A stretch of DNA of 50,404 nt from Myxococcota bacterium (GTDB lineage Bacteria; Myxococcota_A; UBA796; CAJQPC01): positions 1-50,404 of the forward strand of contig DASCPX010000080.1 of assembly GCA_036012755.1 (NCBI GenBank). Reading direction: 5' to 3'. The notes under the pieces are model-generated. The model saw only the letters and a list, made by a program, of their open reading frames with translations, was not told the DNA's origin and did no database searches. Position 1 is the first letter of the stretch; the number at the start of each line of letters is the position of its first letter. Both the position numbers and the translations under genes were made by a program. Of the stretch, positions 47,625 through 50,404 are shown in pieces.

Positions 47625-48497
47625 TTACTCCACGAAGAGGTCGTCGAGCTGGTCCTTCAGCGCCTGGGCCTTGCGCTGCTCGGCCTCCTGCTCGGGCTGG
47701 AGGTCGGGGAGGACCGTCGGATCGGCGTTGAGCACGTAGTCGAGCTGCTCCTCGCAGACCGAGCGGGTCTGGGTCTTCACGGCCCAGTACTCGCAGATCA
47801 GCACGCGGTTGCCGAAGTGGTCCGGGTGCGCCTCGATGGCCTTCTCGAAGAGCTCCTTGCTCTTGTCGAGATCCTGGCCGGCGAAGCTCGGAAGGGCCGA
47901 GTAGTAGGCCCCGAAGTAGCGGGTCGAAGCCGTGTAGAAGTAGTCGGGGTCGCTCTGGTCCAGGACCGTCATCCACGCGAAGATCTGGTCCTTGTAGTTC
48001 AGCAGCGTGGCGAGCCCCTGGGTCTTGCCCCACTTCCCGAGCGCGGAGGCGCCCCAGTACATGCAGGGCATGTCGTCTGACTCGAGCGCGGCGGCGGCGG
48101 TGGCCTCCGTCTCGTCGCCCTTGTCGAGCTTGGACGCGAAGTCCTCGTTCAAGGCGAGGCAGCGCTTGCTCCACTCGATGGACTTGATCCAGGCGGCTTC
48201 CTTCTTCTCGCCCTCTGTGTAGTGGCCGTCACCGAGGAAGTAGTAGCCACGGACCAGGCGCTCATAGGCGTCGCGGTCGGTGGGATCGGAAGCGACGATC
48301 TGCTCGTAGCTGGCGAGGGCCTGCTCGAGCTTGGCCGCGTCCCCGCGCTGCTCCCAGAGAGCGTCTGCGCCGGCGCGCATCAGGTCGACGTTGTCGATGT
48401 TGGTTGTGGCCTCGAGCACCTCGTAGCTACCAGCTGACTTCTTGCCACAAGCCACCAGGACGCCGAGGGCTGCGGTGGCGATCAGGACGCGCTTCAT
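47625..48497 (-). CDS. TPR-containing lipoprotein, TRAP transporter T-component (TatT-like)
   Basis: Lipobox LVAC; YWGASALGKW, DPDYFY, Y..LP.FAG.D...S...FEKAI; immediately upstream of the DctP gene. Confidence 0.78.
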   Translation of the reverse strand: MKRVLIATAALGVLVACGKKSAGSYEVLEATTNIDNVDLMRAGADALWEQRGDAAKLEQALASYEQIVASDPTDRDAYERLVRGYYFLGDGHYTEGEKKEAAWIKSIEWSKRCLALNEDFASKLDKGDETEATAAAALESDDMPCMYWGASALGKWGKTQGLATLLNYKDQIFAWMTVLDQSDPDYFYTASTRYFGAYYSALPSFAGQDLDKSKELFEKAIEAHPDHFGNRVLICEYWAVKTQTRSVCEEQLDYVLNADPTVLPDLQPEQEAEQRKAQALKDQLDDLFVE

Positions 48498-48652
48498 CTT
48501 CGCCTCACTTGCGGTTGGTCGTGGCTTCTAGGCGATCACACCGACAGTGTCAATCTCCCGGCGGGGGCAAATATTCCCGAGGCTTGCGACCTTTGGGCAA
48601 CGCCCGTTGCCGGCGCTGACGGACACCGCTACCAGCGCTCAAAGGAGGCCCG

Positions 48653-50113
<1,461 letters not shown>

Positions 50114-50119
50114 TCGGGG

Positions 50120-50404
50120 CTACTGACGCATCGGCCGGAGGTCGTCCGCGACGGCGAAGTCGGCCCCTGTGACCGCGCGCACGGTCTCGACGGTCTCTTC
50201 GGGGGCGAGCTCGATGAGGGTGAGCCTGCCCTGGCGCAGCTCGAACACGCAGCGGTCCGTGATGACCATGTCGACCACGCCGACGCCGGTGAGCGGGAGG
50301 TTGCAGTCCTTGAGCACCTTGCTGTCACCGCGCTTGTTCGTATGGGTCACGGTGACGACCACGCGGCGGGCGCCGGCCACGAGGTCCATCGCGCCCCCCA
50401 TGCC
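50120..50404 (-). CDS. 3-oxoacid CoA-transferase subunit B, C-terminal part (starts beyond the window)
   Basis: GMGGAMDLVAGARRVVV...C.LPLTG...VITD...L.ELAP. Confidence 0.9.
   Translation of the reverse strand, partial: GMGGAMDLVAGARRVVVTVTHTNKRGDSKVLKDCNLPLTGVGVVDMVITDRCVFELRQGRLTLIELAPEETVETVRAVTGADFAVADDLRPMRQ

Overview
High-GC bacterial chromosome segment, most likely from a Myxococcota/deltaproteobacterium-like organism. This is inferred from the Cys/Asp-rich MopE-type repeat lipoproteins and the divergent str-operon EF-G. Bases 1-18.9 kb hold the 3' end of rpoC and the str, S10, spc and alpha ribosomal superoperon. That cluster lacks tuf, rplC, infA and rpsD at their canonical positions. 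It also contains several long hairpin-rich intergenic regions, an L29 with a MinD-like amphipathic tail and an L17 with an insertion plus an acidic tandem repeat. Next come a Fur-family regulator, tRNA-Leu(GAG), secG-tpiA-pgk-gap, an FAD oxidoreductase and an intergenic cluster of DnaA-box-like sites. These are followed by a three-gene glycosylation-type operon, tRNA-Gly(GCC), two acidic surface lipoproteins, pyrD, pgsA, a lytic transglycosylase, nadB, pepP and pyrE. The window ends with a TPR-associated TRAP (TPAT-like) transporter whose greatly enlarged DctQM fusion is coupled to a lysophospholipase-like hydrolase, then guaB and a partial CoA-transferase. No CRISPR array, rRNA, integrase or transposase was seen. 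All calls are by-eye motif recognition; no database searches or folding computations were run.
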